Shown piece after piece: positions 1 to 11,356 of a DNA stretch of 53,384 nucleotides. Position numbers and translations under genes: made by a program. Origin of the DNA: a virus. Lineage: Duplodnaviria; Caudoviricetes. The notes under the pieces were generated by a model, which saw only the letters and a list, made by a program, of their open reading frames with translations, did not search any database and had not been told where the DNA came from. The DNA lies in IMG/VR virus record IMGVR_UViG_3300043451_000038, positions 1-53,384 of that record; one strand, written 5' to 3'. How positions within the stretch are numbered: position 1 is the stretch's first letter; each line of letters begins with the position of its first letter.

Positions 1-1
1 C

Positions 2-2827
2 AACGTAGATTTGACACCTACAGTACCTGGTGGCACCACATCAGATGGTAATTTGCGTTTGTTTGTCGGTAACCCTGCTCTAACACCACGATATGGTACC
101 TTAGACGGCATCAAAGCAAACACAAGAGTTCAATATGTTTCAACATCACCTTCCGCTAACTTGACCTTGTATGTTGATAATTTCACTCAGTATGGTAATA
201 CTACAGTAGGCACTACCACTCACGATAACAGTACATTTACATTTGCTAACGTTGCTGAGAAGTCTAAGTTTGCTCTAGGTGATACTGTGTATTTTGACGC
301 AGATAGCAACGAGGTTAAATCTAATGTGCCTTATATAATCGCCTTATTATCAGGTGCGTCATCTAATACCTGTACAGTAAGAACGTTATCTTCGATTAGC
401 TCGGTTAAATTTGCCGCAAGTACCGGCATCACAATGACCAAGATTGCGCCTACAATCACATTGAAGTATGCTAACGGTGTTGCTTATGTACCGAGCAGAT
501 CAGGAACTACAATCGCTAACATCACATATCAAGCAAACGTAGTGACCTTACGAGACACCGCTAACGTTAGTGTGTCACCTCGCATCACAGGTAATATTAC
601 CTTATCTTCAACTGCTACTATACCTCTCATCAGTGATGTGTATGAATACACATTCTTGGTAGCAGGCGACAGTAAGAGCACAATTGGTTGGAACACGGAC
701 AGCGAGTTGGGCACAATCAACAACGGCGATATCAGCCGCTTCAAACTTGATGCCTCATTCGCAAGTGATACAGTACAAACTAAGGCTATCTTTATCAACA
801 ACAATAAGAACATTCGCTTGACTACTGCTCGTAGCTTATCACAAGATATGCCTGTCAAGTTCATTGGTACACCAGTAGGTGCTATCGGCAACATTGCTAC
901 CTTCTATATCAACTCTATTGACTCTGCCAACAACATCATTCAGTTGCGCACAACAGAAACAGTAGAGAACAGTCTAACACCTGATGCGTCAGGCAACATG
1001 ACTCTAACAGCAACAATCCCTGACGGCCGCTACAAAGTCACCGCTGGCTCACTACCACCAGGCTTGAAGTTGCTGTCAACAGGCGAGATTGTAGGTCGTG
1101 TAGCGTTTGAGCAAGGTACAACCGTACAGACCTCTAACGCATCACAAACTTACTCATTTACAGTTCAAGCATACAGTAAGCGTTTCCCTTCGTCTACACT
1201 CAATCGTGTGTTTACAATCAAAACAACTCAGCGTCACACCGGCCCGTATGATAACTTATACATCACCGGCTTGATGAACGCCGATCAACGTGCTACTGTC
1301 GCAGACTTGTTATCATACATCAACAGCACACACAATACCTCTATCAAGCCGGATATCTATCGCCCTGGCGACAGCAACTTCGGCATCTCTAAAGGCTTGA
1401 AGTATGTTCATATGTATGGTGTGCCTAGCGTACCTACTGATGACTTCTACACAGCTTATGTTGAAGCAATCGCTCGTAATCACTACTACAAGAACTTGAG
1501 TTTAGGTGAACTAAAGACAGCAGTAGCACGTGACTCTACAGGTGCTATCGTGTACGAACTTGTTTACTGTGAAGTAGTAGATAACTTACAAAACACAGAC
1601 GGTATTTCAATCACCAAAGAAATCATCTGGGGTCAATCAGTCAGTATCGACGGTGTAACACCTACACAACCGGTTGTTTACCCTAACAGTCTAAGCAACA
1701 TGCGAGATCAGATTGAGCAGAAGATAGGCAACATCAACGACAGTTCAGTGCTACCTCTATGGATGCTATCAACCCAAGCAGACGGCAAAGTACCTGGCTT
1801 TACACAATGCTGGGTGCTATGCTACACTAAGCCAGGCAAGAGTGCCTCAGTATTAGCAACTATCAAGTCATACTTGAGTGACAACTCTCTGTCAATGAAC
1901 AGCATCAACTTTGGTATGGACAGACTCATGGTAGATCGTGCCCTAACCCACACATACGGTGTTGGTGGCAACGAATCATGGCCAAGTTATAACGCCAGAA
2001 CTAATGCTAACGTAGGTCAACTATCTCTAGGTCAACTAGTAATGTTTGATAGCTCGTCAGTATTCGGTGGCATTGATACTACTAAGATTCACTACGTAGC
2101 AAGTCGCAATAACTTTAGCATGAAACTAGCAAGAAACAGCAGTGGTACTACGCCAGTGGCACTAACTTCTGGTTCAGGCAACATGGTCATGACTGTGCTA
2201 CCTGTATCAAGCATACACTCATACACAGCAAATGCGGTATCAGGTAGCAACATTACCTTAACTACAGCTCCTTCTGCTCTAACACAAGGCGATGTAATAC
2301 ATACTGGTGCTACCGTAGTTAGCAACTTGACTGCTAACACGCAGTATTATGTGGCAGCTATCAGTGGCAATATTATTCAGCTATCAAGCACAAGAATGGG
2401 CTCAGTACTATCATTTGCTAACAGTAATGTCTCAATGAGTCTAACCGCTATTGAGTATCCAGACAACTCATTCCAGGTAGTTGCTACAAGTTGTGATACT
2501 ACAGACCTCTATCTAAGACAGACTCCTGATATCACGCTATCTAACGTTGCTGGCCTCAGAGTCAATCAGAAGGTCAAACCTCTAACAACTATCGGTAACT
2601 TTGACTCTACAACAGACTATTTTATCACTGATGTAAACCCTGCTACCTCTACAATCAGAGTTAGAACTCAACTCTACGGCAACATTGCCAACACCGTTCT
2701 AACACCTAACGTCACTGCTAACACGACCTTAGTCACCTCACCACTAAGCTCAACCCTACAGGACGATACCCGAGACTCATTCGTGGTGTTCTATCAAAGT
2801 TCACCACTCGATTCTACCGCATCATAA
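2..2827 (+). CDS. Large virion structural protein (baseplate/wedge-like, putative Ig-like domain), 5'-truncated by the window edge
   Basis: Frame is open to the left edge. S/T/N/V-rich beta-type composition; GSLPPGLKLLSTGEIVG resembles a putative-Ig (He_PIG) motif; lies next to fibre genes. Confidence 0.6.
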   Translation, partial: NVDLTPTVPGGTTSDGNLRLFVGNPALTPRYGTLDGIKANTRVQYVSTSPSANLTLYVDNFTQYGNTTVGTTTHDNSTFTFANVAEKSKFALGDTVYFDADSNEVKSNVPYIIALLSGASSNTCTVRTLSSISSVKFAASTGITMTKIAPTITLKYANGVAYVPSRSGTTIANITYQANVVTLRDTANVSVSPRITGNITLSSTATIPLISDVYEYTFLVAGDSKSTIGWNTDSELGTINNGDISRFKLDASFASDTVQTKAIFINNNKNIRLTTARSLSQDMPVKFIGTPVGAIGNIATFYINSIDSANNIIQLRTTETVENSLTPDASGNMTLTATIPDGRYKVTAGSLPPGLKLLSTGEIVGRVAFEQGTTVQTSNASQTYSFTVQAYSKRFPSSTLNRVFTIKTTQRHTGPYDNLYITGLMNADQRATVADLLSYINSTHNTSIKPDIYRPGDSNFGISKGLKYVHMYGVPSVPTDDFYTAYVEAIARNHYYKNLSLGELKTAVARDSTGAIVYELVYCEVVDNLQNTDGISITKEIIWGQSVSIDGVTPTQPVVYPNSLSNMRDQIEQKIGNINDSSVLPLWMLSTQADGKVPGFTQCWVLCYTKPGKSASVLATIKSYLSDNSLSMNSINFGMDRLMVDRALTHTYGVGGNESWPSYNARTNANVGQLSLGQLVMFDSSSVFGGIDTTKIHYVASRNNFSMKLARNSSGTTPVALTSGSGNMVMTVLPVSSIHSYTANAVSGSNITLTTAPSALTQGDVIHTGATVVSNLTANTQYYVAAISGNIIQLSSTRMGSVLSFANSNVSMSLTAIEYPDNSFQVVATSCDTTDLYLRQTPDITLSNVAGLRVNQKVKPLTTIGNFDSTTDYFITDVNPATSTIRVRTQLYGNIANTVLTPNVTANTTLVTSPLSSTLQDDTRDSFVVFYQSSPLDSTAS

Positions 2828-2848
2828 ATAGTAGAATAAGGATCAATA

Positions 2849-3604
2849 ATGTCTAACATTAACGCAACAAACATCAACAGTAACTACCCAACACCTGGCG
2901 TGAACAATAGTAGCCAGGGTTTTCGTGACAACTTTACCAGTATCAAGAACAACTTGACCACTGCCAAGTCAGAACTTGACGACCTACAGATCAAAGTCCT
3001 AGTAAAGAGTGCGCTAAGCGGCACAACTATGGACAACGACATGGCCAACGGCGTTATTAAGAACGCTCAAACTATTGCTTTTCGTGGCAGCACAAAGAAC
3101 CTTGGTGATAAACTTACAGGCGTCCTAGCAATCGATTGTTCTATAGCCGACGTTCATTATGGTGGGCTACTTGGTGACGTAATCTTAGATTTTCAAAAGT
3201 GGGCACCAACAGAAACACGAGGCACAGTTGAGGTAATCCTTGAGGTTTCCGCGGGTCAGAAGATTGAGATTACTGATGCTGTTAAATACGGTGTAAAAAC
3301 TATTAAGGGATACACTGTGCCGTCAGCCGGTAACCCATACATTATTGTGCCAGCAGGTGTTGACAGAGTTCACTATGTATTCTCATCACTAGATTGCGGT
3401 ACAACTATTGAAATCAATCAAGTAGATGATTCTCGCATCGCTACCAAACTAAAAACTACGGCACCAACTTCTAATAAAGGCTCTGTTGGTGACGCTAAAG
3501 GAGATATTACCATTGCTGGTAGTAGTTTGTATGTGTGTATTGAGGACTATACTGATGGCGCAAATGTTATCTGGACAAAAACAACTCTAACGAGCTGGGC
3601 ATAA
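2849..3604 (+). CDS. Virion structural protein (baseplate/tail associated)
   Basis: 251-aa ORF after TAAATA (2825-2830) and an AAGGA RBS. C-terminal PTSNKGSVGDAKGDI...LYVC...W module resembles the C-terminus of the 27604-30927 fibre. Confidence 0.55.
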   Translation: MSNINATNINSNYPTPGVNNSSQGFRDNFTSIKNNLTTAKSELDDLQIKVLVKSALSGTTMDNDMANGVIKNAQTIAFRGSTKNLGDKLTGVLAIDCSIADVHYGGLLGDVILDFQKWAPTETRGTVEVILEVSAGQKIEITDAVKYGVKTIKGYTVPSAGNPYIIVPAGVDRVHYVFSSLDCGTTIEINQVDDSRIATKLKTTAPTSNKGSVGDAKGDITIAGSSLYVCIEDYTDGANVIWTKTTLTSWA

Positions 3605-3631
3605 TAATAAAAACAAAATCAAGGAAACGAA

Positions 3632-6600
3632 ATGGCAACCTATAATACATTGAGCACTGAACAACGACAAGACGTAGCTAATCTGTTGGTAGACAACTTT
3701 GGCAACATTGTTAGTGTAGCAAACATCACAGCAAATAACGTTATTGCTAACTCAGTTACGCTAACATCAGGCGGTAACATCGCTAACGTTAATCAAGTAA
3801 CTGCTAACACGCTACTCATCAAACAAAGTGCGACAATCAATCAGGACGTTCATATTCTAGGTAACCTTGAACTAGATGGTCAGACAAAACTAGTTATCGG
3901 CAACATTACTATCCCAGGCGGCGCAGTCAATCAAGTACTAACAGCAACAGGTGTCAATGATAAAGTAGAGTGGAGAACATTCGTAAACGCTAGTGCCGCA
4001 GGCAACGTAGCATCAGCAAACTTCACAGGTGTAGCAACACACTATCTAACAGGCTCTAACACATGGGGCAACTTTGCCTCATTCAATCAGAACGTTATTC
4101 CTAGCACTACTGCTACCTACAACCTAGGTAACGCTACTAATCGCTTCAATGACGCATACTTAGCTAACTCAGTCAAGATCGGTGCTTCACTACTAACATC
4201 AGCAGTTGACGGCAAGTTGATGATCAAGCCTGATACGGGCACCGCACAGTACGTGCCTACATACGAGACAACAGGTAGCACAAGTTTATTCTTACGAGCA
4301 GACGGTCAATGGTCAGCACCTACAGCAACAGTCTCATCAGTAGAAGGCTCAGCAGTAACCGGCTATGTAGCCCACGCAACTCACGCAACAGTTGCTGACT
4401 CAGCAAACTCAGTTACCGGCTCTAACGTAACAGGCACAGTAGCATCAGCAACCTTAGCAACATATGCGACAACAGCAAACTCAGTAGCACTAGCAAACGT
4501 AAGCGGCATCGGTAACGTAGCGTCAATCAATAGAGATGGTAACGTATCAAACGTACTAGCAGGCGACGGCACATGGGTATCACTAGTAGCAGGCTCATCA
4601 GTAACAAACGCAGTCTTAGCAAACTCAGTACGCTTAGGTTCACAACCTAACATTACAAGTGTAGGCACACTAACCCTACTATCAGTAACAGGTAACATTA
4701 CTACTGGTGCTAACATCAACTCAGTCAATGCTAACTTAGGCAACGCAGTCAGAGCAAACTTCTTTATCGGTGCTGGTAACAACCTATCAAACATTCAAGC
4801 GGCAGCAGTAACAGGTGAAGTAGCTAACGCAACATACGCAGTATCAGCAGGTTCAGTTGACTCAGTACCGCTAGCAAACATTACTGGTATCGGTAACATC
4901 GCAACCTTAAACTTGAACTCAAGTTCAACACAAGTTCTATACGGCAACGGCGTATGGGCAGTACCACCTACAACAGCTGCAAGTGCGACAACAGCAGGTA
5001 CAGTCACAACTGCGGCTCAACCTAACATCACAAGTGTCGGCACCCTCACCTCTCTAGCAGTTACTGGTGACGTAACAGCAGGCAACCTAATCGCTACTGC
5101 TAATGCTAATGCTGTTACATTCAACGGTAACTTAGTTGGCAACGTAACAGGTAATGTTACGGGCAATCTATCAGGCAACGTCACAGGTAACGTAACAGGC
5201 AATGTCACTGGTAATATTACAGGTAACGTCACAGGCGATATCACAGGTAACGTAACAGGCAATGTTGCTGGTAACATCGCAGGTGCTACTGGTGCGTTTA
5301 CTGGCAACATCACAGCCGCTAACGCTAACTTAGGCAATCTAACAACCTCTAACTACTATGCTGGTGTACTAACAACAGCTGCACAACCTAACATCACAAG
5401 TGTAGGTACACTAGTCAGCGCAACAGTAACAGGCAACGTAAACGCAGGTAATGTAATCGCTACAACATTCGTAGGTAATCTACAGGGTAATCTACAAGGT
5501 AACATCACAGGCAACATCTCTGGTAACATCTCAGGTGCTACCGGCACATTCACTGCTAACGTAACAGCTGGTAACTTAGACGGCGGTAACTTAGTCAAGG
5601 CTAACTACTTACAAGGCACCATCGTAGCCGCATCAGCTTCACAACCTAACGTTACAACAGTCGGCACGCTAACAAACTTAGACGTAGCGGGCAACGTAGT
5701 AGTTGCGGGCAACCTAACAGTTCAAGGCACAACTACAACAGTCAACTCAACAGTATCTCGCATCGTTGACCCAATCGTAGAACAAGGCGGCGGCCTCTCA
5801 GGTGCGGCCCTAACAGCACCAGACGGCAAAGATCGCGGTACTGCCCTGCGCTACTATGATACAGCAGAGCGTGTTGCGTTCATGGGCATCAGACCAGCAA
5901 CAGGCGAGATGTATCTTGCTAATGAAGTCACACTCAACAACGACATTATTGTTGTAGGCTCATATGCTAACATCAGAGCAAACAACGCTCAATTCGGCAA
6001 CGCTGTTAGTGCGGGCTATTTCATCGGTAACGCCGCAAACCTAACAAACATCCCTGCCGCTAACTTAGTAGGCAACGTACCTGCCGCCACACAAGCACAG
6101 AACGCTAACGTAGCACTAGTAGCAGGTACAGTAACAACAGCCGCTCAACCTAACATTACCTCTGTCGGTATTCTAACATCACTAACAGTACTAGGCACTA
6201 TCAACTCAGGCAACGTAGGCGGCAACGGCGCAACCTTGTTCAGCTTGAACGGTGCGAACGTAACAGGTACAGTACCGTCAGCAACAGCGGCAGTAACAGC
6301 AGGTACTGTTACAACAGCTGCACAACCTAACATCACCTCTGTTGGTACACTCACCTCACTAACAGTAACAGGCGCAGTCAACGCAGGTAACGTAAGCGGT
6401 AATGCGGCGGGCATCTTTGCTATCCCTGGTGCTAACGTAACCGGTACAGTACCACTTGCTACACACGCAACAGTTGCTGATACAGCAAACGCAGTAGCAG
6501 CCGCAAACATCACAGGCACTATCGCAAGTGCGGCTACTGCGACAACAGCAGGCACAGTTACCTCACCAGCACAACCTGCTATTACATCCGTAGGTACACT

Positions 6601-9600
6601 CACCTCACTAACAGTAACAGGCAACGTTGATGCGGGCAATGTAAACGCAGGTAACGTAGTCAAAGCTAACTACATCTTAGGCGTTATCGGTGCCGCTAAC
6701 GGTGCTCAACCTAACATTACAAGTGTAGGCGCACTCGCTAACCTATTCGTAACAGGCAACATCACTAGTGACTATATCACTGCTAACGCTACAAACTTGT
6801 TCTCAATCCCTGGTGCTAACATCACAGGTACAGCACCTCTAGCAACCTTAGCATCATTCGCTACAACTGCTAACTCAGTAACTGCGGCTAACGTCAGCGG
6901 TCTAGGTAACTTAGCATTGATCAACAGGGACGGTAACACAGCAAACATCTTAACAGGCGCAGGCACATGGGTTGCTATGCCTGATGCTACTGCTATTGCT
7001 GAGAATTCAAACATTGCTAACACAGTTCGTGTAGGCTCACAGCCTAACATTACAGCAGTAGGCACACTAACCACCCTAACAGTCAGTGGTGACGTAACAT
7101 TCGGCGGCAACTTGACGCTCAACGGTGCGGCCGCTAACCTAAACATTGCTACTCTCGCAGTCGAAGACAACATCATTGATGTAGCATTCGGCACAACAGG
7201 TACACCAGTCAATGACGGCGGCATTCGTGTCAAACGCGGCGATCAATCAGACGTTCTACTAACATGGAACGAGACAGCCGACAAGTGGCAGTATCAAGAC
7301 CCTACAGGTGCGTACACAATCGTAGGTCTAGACAGCACAGGCAACGTATCTGCCGGTAATATCGTCAATGCTAACTACTTCGCGGGCAACGGTAGCAAAC
7401 TAACTAACATCACTGGTGCTAATGTAACCGGTACAGTACCTAACGCTACTCACGCAGTCACAGCAGATAGCGCAACATCTGCTACAACAGCAACAACTGC
7501 TACTAACGCAACTAACGCAACTAACGCGGCACATGCTACTGCGGCTGATACGGCTACAACTGCGACAACAGCTACTACTGCGACAACAGCAGGTACTGTA
7601 ACTACTGCGGCTCAACCTAATATCACTAGTGTTGGTACCTTATCATCATTAGCAGTTACTAACGGCATCACTGCTAAAGACTTGACGCTAACAGGTAACT
7701 TAGTCTTAGGCGGCACAACTACAACTATCAGTTCAGTACACTCAACCTTAGTTGACCCGATCATGGAACTAGGCAGTGACGTTGACGGCAACCCACTCGT
7801 AGCAAACGATAACAAAGATCGCGGTATCTTGATGCACTACTATGACGGCGCACCTAAAGATGCGTTCATGGGCTACGACAACAGTGCTAGAGAGTTTGTA
7901 ATCGCTAGTGAAGCAAGTGTATCTTCATCAGAGGTAGTATCAGTATCTACATACGCCAACGTTCGTGCTGGCTACTACTTCGGCAACGGTAGTCAACTAT
8001 CAGCACTCACAGGCGCTAACGTAACAGGTCAAGTTACATTCGCGGCTACAGCAAACGCGGTAGCTGGTGCTAACGTATCTGGTACCGTAGCAAGCGCAAC
8101 TACCGCCTCAACAGCAGGTACAGTCACAACTGCGGCTCAACCTAATATCACTAGTGTCGGTACGCTATCAACCTTAAATGTATCAGGCAACATCACTGCT
8201 GGTAACGTATCGGGTGGTAACGCAGTATCAGCGGCTTACTTCTTAGGTGACGCCGGTTATCTAAGCAACATCATCGCAGGTAACATTGTAGGCACAGTAA
8301 CAAGTGCTACGACGGCTACAACAGCGGGTAGTGCTACAACAGCGGGTACAGTCACAACCTCTGCGCAACCTAACATTACAAGCGTAGGCACACTCACATC
8401 ATTGACTGTTACTAACAACATCACTGGTGCTAACATCATTGCTAACGGTGCGCAACTCTACTCACTAACTGGTGCTAACGTCACTGGTCAAGTAGCAAAC
8501 GCAATCGTAGCAGGCACAGTTTACACGGCTGCTCAACCTAACATTACATCACTAGGCTCACTAACAAGTCTAACAGTCGGCGGCCCACTAACAGTATCAG
8601 GTGCCGCTACATTCGCAGGTGACGTAACATTCTCAGGCACCGCCGCTAACTTGAGCGTAACAAATCTTGTAGTTCAAGACAACATCATTGAAATCTCAAA
8701 TGAAACCTCAGGCCCAGCAGTATCAGACGCGGGTATTCGTATCAAGCGTGGTGACGATGTTGATGTCATGGTTCGCTTCAATGAATCTTCTAACAAGTGG
8801 CAAGTAACTGATGACTCTGGCGCTTACACAATCGTAGGTACATCAGCAACTGGCAACACAGACTTGGGCAACATTGCTATTGCTAATCACTTCCAGGGTA
8901 ACGGCTCTACTCTATCATCTATCACTGGTGCGAACGTAGTAGGCAACGTAGCATCGGCTGTGTATGCTTATGGTGTAGCGGCTGCTAACGTTACTGATCT
9001 CTATGCTAACGTCACACGAAATCTAACTCCTAGTGCTAACATCACATACGACTTAGGTAACTCAACACATCGTTGGCGTGATCTATGGTTGAGCAACAAC
9101 TCAATCAAGATGGCAGATACAACTCTAAGTGTAGATGCCGCCGGTGAGATGAGGATCACTAATGGTGCTACATCACGCACAGTTGCGCTAAGTGAGAACC
9201 TAGGCACACTAGCAACGCTTGACATGAGTAATGACCCATCTAAGTACCTACGTGGTGACGGTGTATGGATCGAAGCAACAGTATCAGGCGCTAACGTAAC
9301 CGGCGCAGTAGCTAACGCAACTCATGCTACACTAGCTGCCGCCCTAGACCCAGCTGGTCAACTAACAATCACTCAGACAGGCAACCTACAAACCTTAACA
9401 GTAGACGGTAACGTGTTTGCTAAGAGTGATGTGCTTGTTGCTGGTAACCTAACAGTTCTAGGCGAACAGTTCGTTGTTAACACTACTCGTATTGATACAA
9501 CTGACTTGACATTCACCTTAGCTAAAGATGCTCCTTCTCAAGCGGCAGCAGATGGCGCAGGCTGGATCATTGATGGTGCTGGCTTCTCAATGTTATACGA

Positions 9601-11356
9601 AGCATCATCTAACTCATTCGTAATGAGTCACCCACTACAGATGGATGGTAGCAAACTAGCCAACATCAATGGTGCTAACGTAAGTAACGTTGATTATGCT
9701 TATGGTGCGGGCAACGTATTCATTGCGGCACAGCCTAACATCACAAGTGTCGGTACTCTACTAAGCGTATCGGTAGCTGGTGACTGGGACACAACTAATA
9801 CAGGTACAGTCAACATTGCTAACGCTAACGCTAGTACACTACGCATCGGCGGTTCAGCAACAACAATCGGCATCGGCGCCTCAACAGGTACAACAACAGT
9901 CAACAACGACTTCTCAGTAGCTGGCGCATTTACACTAACTGGCGCTACTACTATCGGTGGCGACCTAGCAGTTAACGGCGGCGATATCACATCTACTGCT
10001 ACAACAGTAGGCTTGCTCAATACAACACCAGTCATTATCAACTTTGGTGATGCTGCCACTACACTCAACATGGGTGCCGCCACTGGTACTACAACAGTAC
10101 GCAACAACTTACAAGTTAATGGCAACACTGCGGTAACAGGCAACACTGCGGTAACAGGCAACTCAACCATCACTGGTGATCTAGCAGTCAATGGTGGTGA
10201 TATTACTACAAGTGCCGCTACATTCAACCTAGTCAACGCAACTGCTACAACTCTCAACGTAGGTGGTGCAGCTACTGCTATCAACTTAGGCGCAACAAGT
10301 GGTACTGCTACTATCAAGAACCCAACAGTCGTTGGTACACAAGCTACACAAACACTATGGAACGCAACTGCTACTACAATCAACTTCGCAGGTGCTGCAT
10401 CAACACTAAACGTTGGCGCAACAAGTGGCACAGCCTTAATCAACAACCCAACAGTCGTTGGTAGTCAGACAACACAGAACTTGTGGAACGCTAACGCTAC
10501 TACTATCAACTTTGGTGGTGCGGCTACTACAATGGCTCTAGGTGCTACAAGTGGTACCGCTACTATCAACAACCCAACCGTCGTTGGTAGTCAGACAACA
10601 CAAAACTTGTGGAACTCAGTAGCGACTACAATCAATTTAGGCGGCGCGGCAAGTATCAACTTGAGTGCTAGTGGTAAGACAACAGCAATCGCAGGTGCGG
10701 CAACAGTAGCACAAACTCTAGGCGTAACTGGTGCTACAACCTTAAACTCAACCTTGGCAGTAACAGGCAACGCTACTATGAGTGCTAATGCTAGTGTTGC
10801 TGGCAACTTAGCAGTTACAACTAATCAGACGATTGGCGGCACACTAACTGTTAGTAGCGGCTTAACAGTCGTAGGCACAAACCTACTAACAACTAGAGCC
10901 ATCACTACTGGCGCGGCAGCTACTAGTGGCACTATCACTGGCACTTGGACACTAGGCGCGGGTTCAACCTTACAAGCAACATACGCTGACTTGGCTGAAT
11001 ACTATGAAGCAGAAGAGGACATCGCACCAGGTACAGTTATTGAACTAGGCGGCGAGAAAGATGTTCGTGTTTGCTTGACAGAGAACAGTCATCGTGTTGC
11101 TGGTATCGTATCAACAGACCCAGCTTACTTGATGAACGAGGGCAAAGCAGGCACAATGGTAGCAGTTGCTCTAGTCGGTCGTGTACCATGCTTAGTCACA
11201 GGTCCATGCGAGAAGGGTGACCTACTAGTTTCTGCTGGCAACGGCGCAGCCAGAGTAAATAATCAACCAGCACCAGGCACAATCATCGGCAAAGCACTTG
11301 CCAATAAGACAAGCCACGGTACTGAGATTATTGAAGTAATGGTAGGCAAACACTAA
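3632..11356 (+). CDS. Very long tail fibre/adhesin with C-terminal intramolecular-chaperone/autocleavage-type domain
   Basis: 2574 aa; about 14 (A/S)QPNITSVGTL repeats and GNVT runs; C-terminal ADLAEYY...IVSTDPAYLMN...VALVGRVPC typical of peptidase G2/IMC-like fibre ends; AAGGA RBS. Confidence 0.8.
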   Translation: MATYNTLSTEQRQDVANLLVDNFGNIVSVANITANNVIANSVTLTSGGNIANVNQVTANTLLIKQSATINQDVHILGNLELDGQTKLVIGNITIPGGAVNQVLTATGVNDKVEWRTFVNASAAGNVASANFTGVATHYLTGSNTWGNFASFNQNVIPSTTATYNLGNATNRFNDAYLANSVKIGASLLTSAVDGKLMIKPDTGTAQYVPTYETTGSTSLFLRADGQWSAPTATVSSVEGSAVTGYVAHATHATVADSANSVTGSNVTGTVASATLATYATTANSVALANVSGIGNVASINRDGNVSNVLAGDGTWVSLVAGSSVTNAVLANSVRLGSQPNITSVGTLTLLSVTGNITTGANINSVNANLGNAVRANFFIGAGNNLSNIQAAAVTGEVANATYAVSAGSVDSVPLANITGIGNIATLNLNSSSTQVLYGNGVWAVPPTTAASATTAGTVTTAAQPNITSVGTLTSLAVTGDVTAGNLIATANANAVTFNGNLVGNVTGNVTGNLSGNVTGNVTGNVTGNITGNVTGDITGNVTGNVAGNIAGATGAFTGNITAANANLGNLTTSNYYAGVLTTAAQPNITSVGTLVSATVTGNVNAGNVIATTFVGNLQGNLQGNITGNISGNISGATGTFTANVTAGNLDGGNLVKANYLQGTIVAASASQPNVTTVGTLTNLDVAGNVVVAGNLTVQGTTTTVNSTVSRIVDPIVEQGGGLSGAALTAPDGKDRGTALRYYDTAERVAFMGIRPATGEMYLANEVTLNNDIIVVGSYANIRANNAQFGNAVSAGYFIGNAANLTNIPAANLVGNVPAATQAQNANVALVAGTVTTAAQPNITSVGILTSLTVLGTINSGNVGGNGATLFSLNGANVTGTVPSATAAVTAGTVTTAAQPNITSVGTLTSLTVTGAVNAGNVSGNAAGIFAIPGANVTGTVPLATHATVADTANAVAAANITGTIASAATATTAGTVTSPAQPAITSVGTLTSLTVTGNVDAGNVNAGNVVKANYILGVIGAANGAQPNITSVGALANLFVTGNITSDYITANATNLFSIPGANITGTAPLATLASFATTANSVTAANVSGLGNLALINRDGNTANILTGAGTWVAMPDATAIAENSNIANTVRVGSQPNITAVGTLTTLTVSGDVTFGGNLTLNGAAANLNIATLAVEDNIIDVAFGTTGTPVNDGGIRVKRGDQSDVLLTWNETADKWQYQDPTGAYTIVGLDSTGNVSAGNIVNANYFAGNGSKLTNITGANVTGTVPNATHAVTADSATSATTATTATNATNATNAAHATAADTATTATTATTATTAGTVTTAAQPNITSVGTLSSLAVTNGITAKDLTLTGNLVLGGTTTTISSVHSTLVDPIMELGSDVDGNPLVANDNKDRGILMHYYDGAPKDAFMGYDNSAREFVIASEASVSSSEVVSVSTYANVRAGYYFGNGSQLSALTGANVTGQVTFAATANAVAGANVSGTVASATTASTAGTVTTAAQPNITSVGTLSTLNVSGNITAGNVSGGNAVSAAYFLGDAGYLSNIIAGNIVGTVTSATTATTAGSATTAGTVTTSAQPNITSVGTLTSLTVTNNITGANIIANGAQLYSLTGANVTGQVANAIVAGTVYTAAQPNITSLGSLTSLTVGGPLTVSGAATFAGDVTFSGTAANLSVTNLVVQDNIIEISNETSGPAVSDAGIRIKRGDDVDVMVRFNESSNKWQVTDDSGAYTIVGTSATGNTDLGNIAIANHFQGNGSTLSSITGANVVGNVASAVYAYGVAAANVTDLYANVTRNLTPSANITYDLGNSTHRWRDLWLSNNSIKMADTTLSVDAAGEMRITNGATSRTVALSENLGTLATLDMSNDPSKYLRGDGVWIEATVSGANVTGAVANATHATLAAALDPAGQLTITQTGNLQTLTVDGNVFAKSDVLVAGNLTVLGEQFVVNTTRIDTTDLTFTLAKDAPSQAAADGAGWIIDGAGFSMLYEASSNSFVMSHPLQMDGSKLANINGANVSNVDYAYGAGNVFIAAQPNITSVGTLLSVSVAGDWDTTNTGTVNIANANASTLRIGGSATTIGIGASTGTTTVNNDFSVAGAFTLTGATTIGGDLAVNGGDITSTATTVGLLNTTPVIINFGDAATTLNMGAATGTTTVRNNLQVNGNTAVTGNTAVTGNSTITGDLAVNGGDITTSAATFNLVNATATTLNVGGAATAINLGATSGTATIKNPTVVGTQATQTLWNATATTINFAGAASTLNVGATSGTALINNPTVVGSQTTQNLWNANATTINFGGAATTMALGATSGTATINNPTVVGSQTTQNLWNSVATTINLGGAASINLSASGKTTAIAGAATVAQTLGVTGATTLNSTLAVTGNATMSANASVAGNLAVTTNQTIGGTLTVSSGLTVVGTNLLTTRAITTGAAATSGTITGTWTLGAGSTLQATYADLAEYYEAEEDIAPGTVIELGGEKDVRVCLTENSHRVAGIVSTDPAYLMNEGKAGTMVAVALVGRVPCLVTGPCEKGDLLVSAGNGAARVNNQPAPGTIIGKALANKTSHGTEIIEVMVGKH
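5138..5281 (+). repeat. 12-bp degenerate tandem repeat encoding (GNVT)n
   Basis: About 12 units of ggN-aaY-RtN-acN with diverged third positions. Confidence 0.85.
10121..10162 (+). repeat. Perfect 18-bp tandem duplication (GNTAVT x2)
   Basis: ggcaacactgcggtaaca at 10121-10138 and 10139-10156, then ggcaac. Confidence 0.9.
10289..10651 (+). repeat. Three 126-bp (42-aa) tandem modules GATSGTA.I.NPTVVG.Q.TQ.LWN..ATTIN
   Basis: Units begin at about 10289, 10415 and 10541; the third is partial. Confidence 0.85.

Noticed and set aside
4381-10806. Many minus-strand ORFs (MLPV/TLPV-rich) opposite the long fibre, and likewise at 28332-30707
   Set aside because: Antisense shadows of repetitive, codon-biased + strand genes; no RBS or promoter support.
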